Assembly (NCBI GenBank): GCA_963781885.1
Contig: CAWAHW010000002.1
Coordinates: 147,119-211,118, forward strand
Length of the DNA: 64,000 bases
Reading direction: 5' to 3'
DNA from: an uncultured Spirochaetota bacterium
Lineage (GTDB): Bacteria > Spirochaetota > Spirochaetia > SZUA-6 > Fen-1364
Of the stretch, positions 49,153 to 58,973 are shown piece after piece; the stretch's first letter is position 1; the number at the start of each line of letters is the position of its first letter. The notes beneath the pieces were generated by a model. It did not search any database. It was given only the letters and a program-made list of their open reading frames with translations, and was not told the DNA's origin. Position numbers and translations under genes: made by a program.

Positions 49153-49431
49153 CTATTCCTTGCGGCCGGTCAGCTTGATGAGGTGAAAGCCGAACTGGGT
49201 GGACACTACGTCGCTCAGAGAACCGTTTGAAAGCTTCTTGCAGGCTTCCTCGAAGGGCGCCACCATTTTCCCGGGACCGAACCAGCCCAGATCCCCGCCG
49301 CGCGACTTCGACGGGCAGGTCGAATGCTCCCGGGCCATCGCCTCGAAGTTCGCACCCAGCTTGATCTTCTTCAGAAGCTCATTCGCCAGACCCTTGTCCT
49401 TGACCAGTATGTGGCTCGCGCGCCATTCCAT
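49153..49431 (-). CDS. parvulin-type peptidyl-prolyl cis-trans isomerase (PpiC)
   Basis: ASHILV...GGDLGWF...GFHLIKL. Confidence 0.85.
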   Translation of the reverse strand: MEWRASHILVKDKGLANELLKKIKLGANFEAMAREHSTCPSKSRGGDLGWFGPGKMVAPFEEACKKLSNGSLSDVVSTQFGFHLIKLTGRKE

Positions 49432-49493
49432 GTGGATTCCTCCGTGTACGGTATCAGGGAATGATACAGGATTTCACCGCCGGCGGAAAGGGC

Positions 49494-49973
49494 TCAGTCG
49501 CGCGCGGGCTTCATGAGCAGCATGACCTGCCCCGGATCGCGGAACCCGAGCTTCCGATAGGCGTCCCGCGCCCGCCTGTCCTTCGCATCCACGGTAACTT
49601 GGATCGCCCGGACCTCGGCCGGCGCCACCTTCGCGATGAGCTGGAGGAAGTCCGCCGCAAGGTCGGGGTCGGAAAGGGGGTCGACGTACAGCTCGTCGAC
49701 CGAAAGCACGATGCCGCCCAGCCGATTGCTCCACGTCGTGACGAGAATGCAGTAGCCGACCAGCGCCTGCTCGCGCTCGAAGACGAAAAGCGTCCCCCGG
49801 TCCTTGTTGCGCTGCAGCTCGCGGAACGTGGCGAGTATGCGCTCCTGCGGCGTGGGAAGCGACTGGGGGCCTTTTGCATGGCATCGGGTCACCAGGGCGA
49901 GAAATGCGGCGATGTCGGTCTGCTGCAGCATGCGGTAGGTCGCCCGGGTGCTCACGAGTGTGTAGTCGAGCAT
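49494..49973 (-). CDS. GNAT-family N-acetyltransferase
   Basis: 159 aa. Acetyl-CoA-binding region RRARDAYRKLGF. Confidence 0.75.
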   Translation of the reverse strand: MLDYTLVSTRATYRMLQQTDIAAFLALVTRCHAKGPQSLPTPQERILATFRELQRNKDRGTLFVFEREQALVGYCILVTTWSNRLGGIVLSVDELYVDPLSDPDLAADFLQLIAKVAPAEVRAIQVTVDAKDRRARDAYRKLGFRDPGQVMLLMKPARD

Positions 49974-50058
49974 GGCTCCTTCTACCCGCTGCCGCGGGGA
50001 TTGTCAAACCGGAAGAGTCCTGTCATACAAGGCCACAGGGCCCCTCCGCGTTCGTCGC

Positions 50059-51636
50059 TCAGCTGCCTGCCGAGATTCCCTTCCGTCTGTCGGCCGACTT
50101 TCGAAGCGGCACCTCCTTCAAGAGAAAGACGGTTGCCAGGGCGACGAGGCAGATGACCAGGCAGATGATGAAGACGTGATGGATGGCTTGGGAAAGCGCG
50201 CGGCGGGCGGCATCGAGCGCCCGCTGAAAGGTGGGCAGGAGATTGCCCGGCACGCGCCCTTCGCCGCCGTGAGCGCGGCAGGGTTTGAAAGGGCCTCGGG
50301 ACTTTTCAAGGTCGCCGCCAGGGACGGGGGCAGGTCGCCAGTATCGAGATTCTGCAGCCTCGCAACGAGGAAGCTCCCGAACAGCGTTCCCATCACCGAT
50401 GAGGCGATCGTCTGCCCCATTCTCCCGAAGAACTGAATGGTCGACGTGACGACCCCTATCTGGCCTTCGCGGGACGTGTTCTGTGCCGTCACGTTGAAGA
50501 TCGCCATTCCCGCGCCGATGCCTAGGCCCATGAGCACCATCGCGACCGCGACCGCGGCCGTTCCCGTGCGCGGGCCCAGGAGTGAAAGAATGAATACTCC
50601 CGCGGCCAGGAAGATGAAGCCGCCAATCGCGAGCAACTTGTACCGGCCGGTCCTTGATACGATGAAGCCGCTGATCGTCACCCCGGCGATCAGGGTGACC
50701 GTCATGGGCGTGATGATGGCCCCGGATCCGCTCGCGCTCGCGCCTTTGACGCCCTGCATGAAAAGCGGGATGAAGATGATGGCGGCAATGAGGACGCCGT
50801 TGAAGAGGAACATCTCCAGCGCGGAGAAGCTGAAGACCGAATCCCTGAACAGCGAAAGAGGGATGAGGGGACTGCGCACCCTTGTTTCCACGATCCCGAA
50901 GACGACGAGCATCACGGCGGCAAGGCCGAGCATTGCCACGACGGGCGCCGAGCTCCACGCGTATGTCGCTCCTCCCCACGACAACGCCAGAAACAGCGGC
51001 ACCAGGGCGGCGATCAGCGCGCCCGTTCCCGCGACGTCCAGCCTTTCGCGCTTTCGCTGGGCTCCATGGGAAGGAAAGGCCGTCGCAATGACCGCCAGGG
51101 TCGCCAAACCGACTGGCAGATTGATGAAGAAGACCAGGCGCCAGCTCGCATGATCGGCGATCAGCCCGCCTATCATCGGTCCGATGAGGCTGGCGAACCC
51201 CGATGCCGCTGAGACGATGCTCCCGTACTTGGCTCTTTCCGCCGGGGCGTAGAGAAGGCCGATGATAACCAGCGCGTTGGACATGAGCACGGCACCTCCC
51301 ACGCCCTGCAGCCCCCGGAATAGTATGAGCTGCGTCATGCTCGTTGCGCACCCGCACAGCGTGGAGCCGACCAGGAAGACCCCGATGCCGGCCAGGTAGA
51401 CGGGTTTGAACCCGAACATGTCCGACAGCCTGCCGACGAGCGGCATTGCCACCGTCATGCAGAGCAGGTACGCGGTAATCGGCCACGTGTAAAGATCGAA
51501 ACCCTTGAGACTGGAGACGATCCTCGGCATTGCGGTGCCCACGATATTCAGGTCGAGCGAGGCAAGCAGGATTCCCGCGGTCACCCCGGCCAGGAGAAGG
51601 ATTTTCCTTTTGGGCGACAGAATCTTCTAGCGACAT
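50059..51636 (-). pseudogene. MFS transporter, DHA2 (EmrB/QacA) family, 14 TM, with two apparent single-base frameshifts (about 51612 and about 50290)
   Basis: A strong RBS (aggagg) sits before an ATG at 51636 in frame B. The TM core lies in frame A and the C-terminal TM14 and tail return to frame B. Confidence 0.75.
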
Positions 51637-51779
51637 ATGACCTCCTAAAGATGTGTTTGAACTACCTAAACCGACCATCCGGTATATCTATTGCCAGCAT
51701 CAGCTCACCATTTTTTTCCACCTCCTCCATTACTCGCAGGTTCTAAACCGACCGTCCGGTATATCAAATATCATAAAAA
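51637..51779. promoter_or_regulatory. TetR-MFS intergenic region with two direct copies of aaaccgacc(a/g)tccggtatatc
   Basis: A third related copy (aaaccggacagtcggttta) lies upstream of the tetR start at 52385-52405. These are candidate TetR operators. Confidence 0.4.
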
Positions 51780-52377
51780 TTAGGCTTTGATCGATCCATA
51801 GAAACCGTCCCAGATTGCGCGAAGGTCCTCGACCGTCCTGGCTGTTTTTCCGACCACCATGTTGTCCAAGCCGACACCGCTGTTGGTGTGGATGAACACT
51901 GCCGCGATCTGCTCGTCCGTCATGGGGCTGTCGATCTCCGCTCTTTGCCGCGCAAGGCCGATGATTTCCCGCCAGGCCGCGAGCTCCGCGGACGACGAGG
52001 AAATCATCTTCTGCCTGAACTTCCGGAAAGAAGCGTATCGCGTCGAACACGAGGGAGTAGTAGTTTAGGTCGAAGGACGAGATGACGTCACCCTCGAGTA
52101 GTGATCCGTAGGAATCGCTGAGATGCGACAGGTAGTCCTCGTAGTACGCGCGGAGTGAAATCCGCGTGAAGTTCCTGTAGTCGATGTTGATAAGCCGGGC
52201 ATAGATGTTTTCGACGATTTCCAGGAAGATCTGCTCCTTGGTGCCGAAATAGTGATAAAACGCGCCTTTTGACATCTGCGTCGCCTCGACGATCTCTTTC
52301 ATCGTCACTTCCTTGAAGCTTTTCTGGAGAAAAAGCACGATCGATCGCTTCAGGATGTGCTCTTTTGTGTCTTTCAT
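51780..52377 (-). pseudogene. TetR-family regulator, frameshifted near 52025
   Basis: N-terminal HTH (LFLQKSFKEVTMKEIVEATQMSKGAFYHYF) lies in one frame and the C-terminal region (MISSSSAELAAWREIIG...) in another. Confidence 0.7.
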
Positions 52378-52533
52378 GTGCCTTCTCCATAAACCGGACA
52401 GTCGGTTTAAATTATATTGCCGGTTTCATGTCATGTCAATATCTTTCTGCGGAAAATGAAATGGGGGAACGGGCTGACGCGTCAATGACGCTGCACCCTT
52501 GCCCTCGCGCGGGCGAGCCCGTAGAATGCCCGT

Positions 52534-53319
52534 ATGATCACCGACATCGTGCGGCCGAAGACAGTCGCCGAGGCGCTGCGCGCGAAAAGCACGCCGGGGG
52601 CGGCCTACCTTGGCGGCGGCACCTGGCTGAACGCGGGACGGGAGCCGGGGCCCGCGGTCCTCATATCGCTTGAGAATCTCGGGCTGGGCACGGTGGAGGC
52701 CGCTGACGGCGGATGCACGATCGGCGCTGCGGTGAGCTTCCAGCAGCTCATCGATGCCGAATCCGTGCCGCGCGCGGTGAAGGCTGCCGCGGGGCTCACG
52801 GCGTCGCGGACACTCCGCAACATGCAGACCGTGGGTGGAGAGCTGGGCCTGTGCCCGGCGGACTCCGCGTTGATACCCGTTCTTGTCGCCCTGGACGCGA
52901 CCGTGCTCCTGGCGGGGGCCCGGAAACCTCTGCCAATCGGGGATTTCTGGCTGAACAAGCCGGACGATCTTGTCCTTTCCATCACAATCCCGGAGGGAGG
53001 CCGCACGGCCGCGGTGCGCGCGGTCTCCCGCACGTCACACAGCCCGCGCTCCCTCGTGGTCGTTGCCGGAGCGCCCGGCAGGAATGGGGGCGAGGCCTGC
53101 ATGGTGCTCAGCGATTGCCGGGAGGAATGCGTGGTGATCCGGGAACCCGAGCTGAATCGCTGGCCGCTGCCGCCCCGTGAGAAGATCGAGGAAATGGTGC
53201 GCGCGGCATTCTCGCCGGCGGCAGACATCCATGCCTCGGCGGAATACAAGCGGTTCGTCGCGGGAGTGCTCGCGGCCGACATGCTGCACGAGCTGGCAGC
53301 CGGGAAGGTGACCCTATGA
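52534..53319 (+). CDS. molybdopterin-dehydrogenase FAD-binding subunit (CoxM/XdhB/YgfM-like)
   Basis: YLGGGTWLN...MQTVGGEL FAD-binding pattern. Its stop overlaps the XdhD-like start. Confidence 0.85.
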   Translation: MITDIVRPKTVAEALRAKSTPGAAYLGGGTWLNAGREPGPAVLISLENLGLGTVEAADGGCTIGAAVSFQQLIDAESVPRAVKAAAGLTASRTLRNMQTVGGELGLCPADSALIPVLVALDATVLLAGARKPLPIGDFWLNKPDDLVLSITIPEGGRTAAVRAVSRTSHSPRSLVVVAGAPGRNGGEACMVLSDCREECVVIREPELNRWPLPPREKIEEMVRAAFSPAADIHASAEYKRFVAGVLAADMLHELAAGKVTL

Positions 53320-56120
53320 AAATCGCCTTCACCTTGAACCGCGTGGCGCGCAGCGTTACGGCAGAGCCGGGCGAATGCCTCCAGGAGCTCCTTCAACGCA
53401 TCGGCATTCCCTCCGTGCGCGGCGCAGACGACGGCGAAGGATTCGCCGGCGCCGACACGATACTCTTCGACGGGAAGGCGATGCTCGCCAGCCTCATGGT
53501 CGCGGCGCAGGCCGACGGCCACTCCATCGAGACGGTGGAAAGCCTCATGGAGAACGGCCGCCTCTCGGCGCTGCAGGGCGCCATGCTCGACGCGGGTGTC
53601 GTGCAGTCCGCGTACACCACCCCCGCCGCCGCCCTGCTCATCGAGGAGCTGCTCCGCCGCTCACCCGAGCCCACGGAGGAGCAGGTGCGGGACGCGCTTT
53701 CTGGTGTGTTCAGCAGGGCCACCGGTTACAAGCAGTTCTTCCAGGCCGTGGAGCTTGCGCGAAAGCGCCGCACGGATCCGGCATCGACCATTTCCATTGA
53801 GGAGTTCCGCGACGACCTGCGGGTGGTGGGCAAGGTGCGCCGCCGGGTGGACGGGGTGAAGCTCGTTGCCGGCATGAAGGCGTACGTGGAGGATCGCGTC
53901 GAGCAGGGAAGCTGCACGCTCGTCATGCTGCGAAGTCCCCACGCGCACGCGAAGATACGCGGCATCGACATCGCCGCGGCACTCGCGCTTCCCGGCATCG
54001 TCACGGTCATCACGCACCTGAGCTGCCCCGACGTCATGTACACGTTTGCCGGCCAGGGATTCCCCGAGCCGTCGCCGTACGACTTCCGCATGTTCAGTCC
54101 CGTCGTGCGTCACGTCGGGGACAGGGTGGCTGCCGTGGTTGCCGAGGACGCGGCGACTGCCCGTGAGGCGGCAAAGCTCGTCGCGGTCGACTACGAAGTT
54201 CTCCCGGCTGCCCTCACGATGGACGATGCGATGGCGAACGGCGCCCCCGTCGTGCACGGCGATCACCTGGAGCGCATCACCTGCGAGCTTTCCATCGGAT
54301 CGGATGCCCGGCGCAACCTCGCGGCGAGCGCCTCCGGCTCCATCGGCGACGTCGACAGGGGCTTCGCGGAAGCGGACGCCGTGGTGGAGCGCACGTATTC
54401 CACCAGCAAGGTCCAGTGCACGCCGCTTGAGTCGCACGTCGTCTATACGCGCATGGACGGGGATCGCCTGGTGATCCATGCATCGACCCAGGTGCCCTGG
54501 CATCTGCGGCGCATCGTGGCGCGGGTCCTCGGGATCCGCGAGAACCGCATCCGGGTCATCAAGGAGCGCATCGGCGGCGGGTACGGCAGCAAGCAGGACA
54601 TACTCCTGGAGGACGTCTGCGCGTGGGCCACGTTCACGACCGGCAGGGCCGTGTTCTACAAGTACAACCGGGAGGAGGAGTTCATCGCTGCCACCACCCG
54701 GCACCCCATTCGCTACACCGTGAAGATGGGCGCCAAGAAGGACGGCACGCTCACGGCCATCCGGCTCACGGGTGACGCGGATACCGGCGCGTTCGGCAAT
54801 CATGCCCTCACGGTGCCCATGAACAGCTGCTCGAAATCGCTGCCGCTCTGGCGATGCCCGAACATGGCCTTCGATCTGCGGAGCTGGTACACGAATGTCG
54901 TCTCGTCGGGCGCCTACCAGGGCTACGGCGCGCCGCAGGGCTCTTTCGCGGTCCAGATGGCGGCGGCGGAGCTTGCCGCGGCGCTCGGCATCGACCTGCT
55001 CGCGTTCATCCGCAAGAACCACGTACGGCAGGGCGACGTGCTGGAGATCCTGAAGAGCCTCGGGGAGGGAAGACCGGGGGAGGCCGTCACGGTGGGAAGC
55101 TGCGGCCTGGACAAGGCGCTGGAGGAAGGGGCCGCGAGCATCGGCTGGGGCGTGAAAGGCACGGACGCCAATCCCGACGTGCGCATCGGCAAGGGGGTGG
55201 CATTCATCCAGCAGGGCTCGGGTCTGCCGGGGCTCGACCAGGCATGCGCGAACGTGAAGCTCCTGTCGGACGGCACATTCATGGTCCATTCCGGCGGATC
55301 GGACCTGGGCACCGGTCTGGACACCGTCCTTTCCAAGGTGACGGCGGAGACGCTCTGCTGCGACATGGACAATGTGGCCGTGCTCACCGGCGACACGGAC
55401 ATGACCCCCTTCGACAAGGGCGCCTATGCGTCCAGCGGCACCTTCTTCACGGGCAACGCCGTGCTGAAGGCCGCCCAGGCGCTCGCGGACCGCATGATCG
55501 ACACGGTCGCGGGCATTCTGAAAGAGCCGCGCGACGGCGTGCACCTGGCCCACCCGGGCGTCGTGCAGGGCACGAAGGGATCCCTCACCTACGCCGCCCT
55601 TGCACACCGCTCCTCCTCGGGGCACGGAGAGGGCGAGCTCATGGGCAGCGCCTCCTTCGTCACGCATGAGAACGCCATCCCCTATGCGGCGCACTTCTGC
55701 GAGGTGGCGGTGAATACGCGCACCGGGGCCATCGACGTGCGCCGTTACCACGCCGTGCACGACTGCGGGACCCCCATCAACCCCGACCTTGCCATGGGCC
55801 AGGTCTACGGCGGCATCCTCAAGTCCATCGGGCACGCCCTGTACGAAGAGATGATGTTCGACGCGGAGGGGCGCTGCCTCACCACGACCCTTGCCGACTA
55901 CGGCGCTCCCATGATACAGGAGCTCCCGCGCGACGTGCGCGTCCGGCTCGTGCAGACCGACGATGCCTTCGGGCCGTTCGGCGGCAAGAGCGTCGCGGAG
56001 ATCAGCGTGAACGGGGCGGCGCCGGCGCTCGCCGTCGCCATCCACGACGCGGTGGGTGTCTGGATACGCGACTGGCCCCTGACACCGGAGAAAATCTTGA
56101 AGGCACTCGGGAGGTTCTGA
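53316..56120 (+). CDS. xanthine-dehydrogenase-family molybdopterin subunit fused to an N-terminal ferredoxin-like domain that lacks all cysteine ligands (XdhD-like)
   Basis: 934 aa. The N-domain keeps LSALQ, TTPA and TGY motifs but has no Cys. The aldehyde-oxidase/xanthine-dehydrogenase Mo-binding domains are complete. Confidence 0.9.
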   Translation: MKIAFTLNRVARSVTAEPGECLQELLQRIGIPSVRGADDGEGFAGADTILFDGKAMLASLMVAAQADGHSIETVESLMENGRLSALQGAMLDAGVVQSAYTTPAAALLIEELLRRSPEPTEEQVRDALSGVFSRATGYKQFFQAVELARKRRTDPASTISIEEFRDDLRVVGKVRRRVDGVKLVAGMKAYVEDRVEQGSCTLVMLRSPHAHAKIRGIDIAAALALPGIVTVITHLSCPDVMYTFAGQGFPEPSPYDFRMFSPVVRHVGDRVAAVVAEDAATAREAAKLVAVDYEVLPAALTMDDAMANGAPVVHGDHLERITCELSIGSDARRNLAASASGSIGDVDRGFAEADAVVERTYSTSKVQCTPLESHVVYTRMDGDRLVIHASTQVPWHLRRIVARVLGIRENRIRVIKERIGGGYGSKQDILLEDVCAWATFTTGRAVFYKYNREEEFIAATTRHPIRYTVKMGAKKDGTLTAIRLTGDADTGAFGNHALTVPMNSCSKSLPLWRCPNMAFDLRSWYTNVVSSGAYQGYGAPQGSFAVQMAAAELAAALGIDLLAFIRKNHVRQGDVLEILKSLGEGRPGEAVTVGSCGLDKALEEGAASIGWGVKGTDANPDVRIGKGVAFIQQGSGLPGLDQACANVKLLSDGTFMVHSGGSDLGTGLDTVLSKVTAETLCCDMDNVAVLTGDTDMTPFDKGAYASSGTFFTGNAVLKAAQALADRMIDTVAGILKEPRDGVHLAHPGVVQGTKGSLTYAALAHRSSSGHGEGELMGSASFVTHENAIPYAAHFCEVAVNTRTGAIDVRRYHAVHDCGTPINPDLAMGQVYGGILKSIGHALYEEMMFDAEGRCLTTTLADYGAPMIQELPRDVRVRLVQTDDAFGPFGGKSVAEISVNGAAPALAVAIHDAVGVWIRDWPLTPEKILKALGRF

Positions 56121-57319
56121 TGGAAGCCCTGACCCCGCACGACATCCACCGCATGATCGATTCCCTCTCCGCCCCGGCCCTCGCGGAGCTTCACCGCAGG
56201 GATTTCCTCCTCACGTGGGACAAGAGCCGGGAAGGCCTCGAGGCGGTGCTCCAGTGCGCCCTGATCCTGAAGGCGCTGCGCGTGAGCAACATCTCCCCCC
56301 GGATCTACGACAGCGGCATCGCCGTGTCCCAGTTCCGCGACAACTCGACGCGGACGCGCTTCAGCTTCGCCTCCGCCTGCAACCTGCTGGGTCTCACCGT
56401 CGCCGACCTCGACGAGGGCAAGTCCCAGGTGGCGCACGGAGAGACGGTGCGCGAAACGGCGAACATGATCTCCTTCATGGCGGAGGTGATCGGCATTCGC
56501 GACGACATGTACATCGGCAAGGGCCACGCGTACATGCTCGAGGTCGCGGAGGCCGTGGACCAGGGCTTCCGTGACGGCGTGCTGGAGCAGAGGCCCACGG
56601 TGGTGAATCTCCAGTGCGACATCGACCACCCCACGCAGTCGATGGCGGACCTCCTCCACATCGTGGACGACGTGGGCGGCTTCTCCCATCTGAAGGGGAA
56701 GAAGGTCGCCATGACCTGGGCGTATTCCCCGTCCTATGGCAAGCCGCTTTCGGTCCCGCAGGGCGTCATCGGGCTGTTCACCCGGTTCGGCATGGACGTG
56801 CGCCTGGCGTATCCCGAAGGCTACTCGCTCATGCCGGATGTCGTGCAGAATGCCGAGGGATTCGCGAAGCAGGCCCGCGGGGCATTCCGCGTCTGCTCCT
56901 CCATGAAGGAGGCATTCGACGGCGCCGATTTCGTCTACCCCAAGAGCTGGGCGCCGTTCTCCGTGATGGAGGAGCGCACGAGGATCGTGGAGACGGGTGA
57001 CCGCCAGAAGCTTCAGGAGCTGGAGAGGCGCTGCCTGGAAAACAACGCGCGCTTTGCGGACTGGGAATGCACCACCGCGCTCATGGGCGGCACCAACAAC
57101 GCCACCTACCTGCACTGCCTGCCCGCGGACATCAGCGGCGTGAGCTGCCCGCGCGGGGAGGTGGCTGCCGACGTCTTCGACAAATTCCGCGGCCCCCTGT
57201 ACCGGCAGGCGAGCTTCAAGCCGTATATCATCGCGGCCATGATCTTCACCAGCCGTATGGCGGATGCGCGCGCGTCGCTCTCCACGCTCCTGGACCGGAT
57301 GGACAACCGGGCGCTGTGA
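56120..57319 (+). CDS. YgeW-like (knotted) carbamoyltransferase
   Basis: STRTRFSF carbamoyl-phosphate-binding motif and an HCLP motif. 399 aa, abutting the XdhD-like stop. Confidence 0.8.
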   Translation: MEALTPHDIHRMIDSLSAPALAELHRRDFLLTWDKSREGLEAVLQCALILKALRVSNISPRIYDSGIAVSQFRDNSTRTRFSFASACNLLGLTVADLDEGKSQVAHGETVRETANMISFMAEVIGIRDDMYIGKGHAYMLEVAEAVDQGFRDGVLEQRPTVVNLQCDIDHPTQSMADLLHIVDDVGGFSHLKGKKVAMTWAYSPSYGKPLSVPQGVIGLFTRFGMDVRLAYPEGYSLMPDVVQNAEGFAKQARGAFRVCSSMKEAFDGADFVYPKSWAPFSVMEERTRIVETGDRQKLQELERRCLENNARFADWECTTALMGGTNNATYLHCLPADISGVSCPRGEVAADVFDKFRGPLYRQASFKPYIIAAMIFTSRMADARASLSTLLDRMDNRAL

Positions 57320-57381
57320 AGGATGCGCGCAAGGCAGGCGTTTGACCCGCACTAATCCGCCTGCGTACCTTCTCCCTCGGC

Positions 57382-58269
57382 ATGAAACTGCTGCTTGTCG
57401 AAAATCCCCACGCGGCGCACGACCGGGCGAAGCATCTCTTTGCGCCCATCGCTCACGCACTTTCCCGGGCCGGCATCGCCGTGGACACGAAGCTCACCGA
57501 GAGGCCGGGGCACGCGCGGCAGATCGTCGCCGGTTGCCGTTTCTCCGACTACGACGGCATCGTCGCGGCGGGCGGTGACGGCACGCTCTTCGAGGTCGTC
57601 AACGGCCTGTACGAGAACAAGGGCGCCCGCGTGCCGCTCGGGGTGATCCCCATCGGCACGGGGAACGCGTTTGCGCGTGACCTCACCCTCACGAGCGGCG
57701 ACTGGGAACAGGCGGTGGGGAACATCGCCGCGGGAAAGACCCGGCGCGCCGACGTGGGCCGGTTCACGACGCAGGGCCGCACGCTGTACTACGTAAACAT
57801 ACTCGGCCTTGGTTTTGTCGCCGACGTCGTGGCCACCGCCAGCCGGCTCAAGCTGCTGGGCAATCTGTCCTACACGCTGGGCGTTCTTTTCCGTACGATC
57901 GGATTGCGGGCATACGGCATCCGCGTCGACGCGGACGGGCGTCTCATCGAGACGGAGGCGATCTTCACGGAGATCTCCAACACCCGTTACACCTCGAATT
58001 TCCTCATGGCCCCGTCCGCGCGCATCGACGACGGCCTCCTGGACGTGACAATTCTGAAAAAGATCAATCGCCGCCGTCTCCTGCAGTGCTTTCCCCTGAT
58101 CTTTTCCGGCGCGCACGTCACGATGCCCGAGGTGGAGTCATTCACCGTGCGGCACCTTTCCATCACGACGGACGCGCCGAAGGTCCTCACGCCGGACGGC
58201 GAGCTCCTGGGCAGCACGCCGATCGAGGTGGAGTGCCTTGGCGGCGACATCGAGGTCTTCGGCGCGTGA
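57382..58269 (+). CDS. diacylglycerol-kinase-family lipid kinase (YegS/DAGK_cat)
   Basis: DGIVAAGGDGTLFEVVNGL...IPIGTGNAFARDL. Confidence 0.8.
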   Translation: MKLLLVENPHAAHDRAKHLFAPIAHALSRAGIAVDTKLTERPGHARQIVAGCRFSDYDGIVAAGGDGTLFEVVNGLYENKGARVPLGVIPIGTGNAFARDLTLTSGDWEQAVGNIAAGKTRRADVGRFTTQGRTLYYVNILGLGFVADVVATASRLKLLGNLSYTLGVLFRTIGLRAYGIRVDADGRLIETEAIFTEISNTRYTSNFLMAPSARIDDGLLDVTILKKINRRRLLQCFPLIFSGAHVTMPEVESFTVRHLSITTDAPKVLTPDGELLGSTPIEVECLGGDIEVFGA

Positions 58270-58973
58270 CGACGCTCGTGTCGCTGTACCGCTGGGCAGT
58301 GGGTCTTCCGTACATCGGCGTCATCTGCGTCATCGTTATCGTCAGCTCTCTCTTTGCCCCGTCGGCGGCCTATGACCCGTTCTTCAAGGCGGCGTTGCGC
58401 TTCCTGTTCCGCCTTCTCTTCATCCCCGTGCGCGTGACCGGTGAGGCAAAGATGCGCCCCGGACGGCCCGTCCTCTTCATGGCGAATCACGTGAGCATAT
58501 TCGACTCGCCGCTCCTGGGCGGCTTTCTGCCCGGCATGGTGCGGGGCGTGGAATGGGCGCCGCACTTCCGCTGGCCGCTCTTCGGCCTCATGCTGCGGCG
58601 CATCGGGAACATCCCGATCGATCGCGACGACGTCTTTTCGTCCATGAAGAGCATGGCGCGCGCGCGCCGTCGCCTGGCCCGCGGCGAATCCCTTGCCATC
58701 ATGCCGGAAGCCCACCGCACGCTGGACGGGAACCTCCGCCACTTCAAGAGGCTGCCGTTTCACATGGCGCGCGACGCGAGGGTGGACATCGTGCCGGTGG
58801 GCACCTCGGGCCTCTTCACCCTCAACAACAAGAGCTCCTGGAAGATCCGCACGACGCGCATCACGGTTGCGCTGGGGGAGCCGATCACGGCGGAGGAGGC
58901 GTCCGCCCACACGGTGGACGAGCTCCGCCGGATCATGCACCAGCGCATCCAGGGTCTTATCGCGCGGCCGTAG
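58266..58973 (+). CDS. 1-acyl-sn-glycerol-3-phosphate acyltransferase (PlsC/LPLAT family)
   Basis: HVSIFD (HX4D) and MPEAHRT motifs. GTG start with GTGA overlap. Confidence 0.8.
   Translation: MTTLVSLYRWAVGLPYIGVICVIVIVSSLFAPSAAYDPFFKAALRFLFRLLFIPVRVTGEAKMRPGRPVLFMANHVSIFDSPLLGGFLPGMVRGVEWAPHFRWPLFGLMLRRIGNIPIDRDDVFSSMKSMARARRRLARGESLAIMPEAHRTLDGNLRHFKRLPFHMARDARVDIVPVGTSGLFTLNNKSSWKIRTTRITVALGEPITAEEASAHTVDELRRIMHQRIQGLIARP

Noticed and set aside
50059-51678. 539-aa minus-strand ORF as a single protein
   Set aside because: Only its first about 10 codons and last about 70 codons are in the true MFS frame. The middle, about 460 codons of Arg/Gly-rich sequence, is the wrong frame created by two indels. 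The MFS core is in the 50118..51584 frame.
53661-56045. 794-aa ORF on the minus strand
   Set aside because: It is antisense to the clearly homologous XdhD-like gene. The translation is Arg/Gly/Ala/His-rich low-complexity sequence typical of high-GC spurious frames, and it has no motif.
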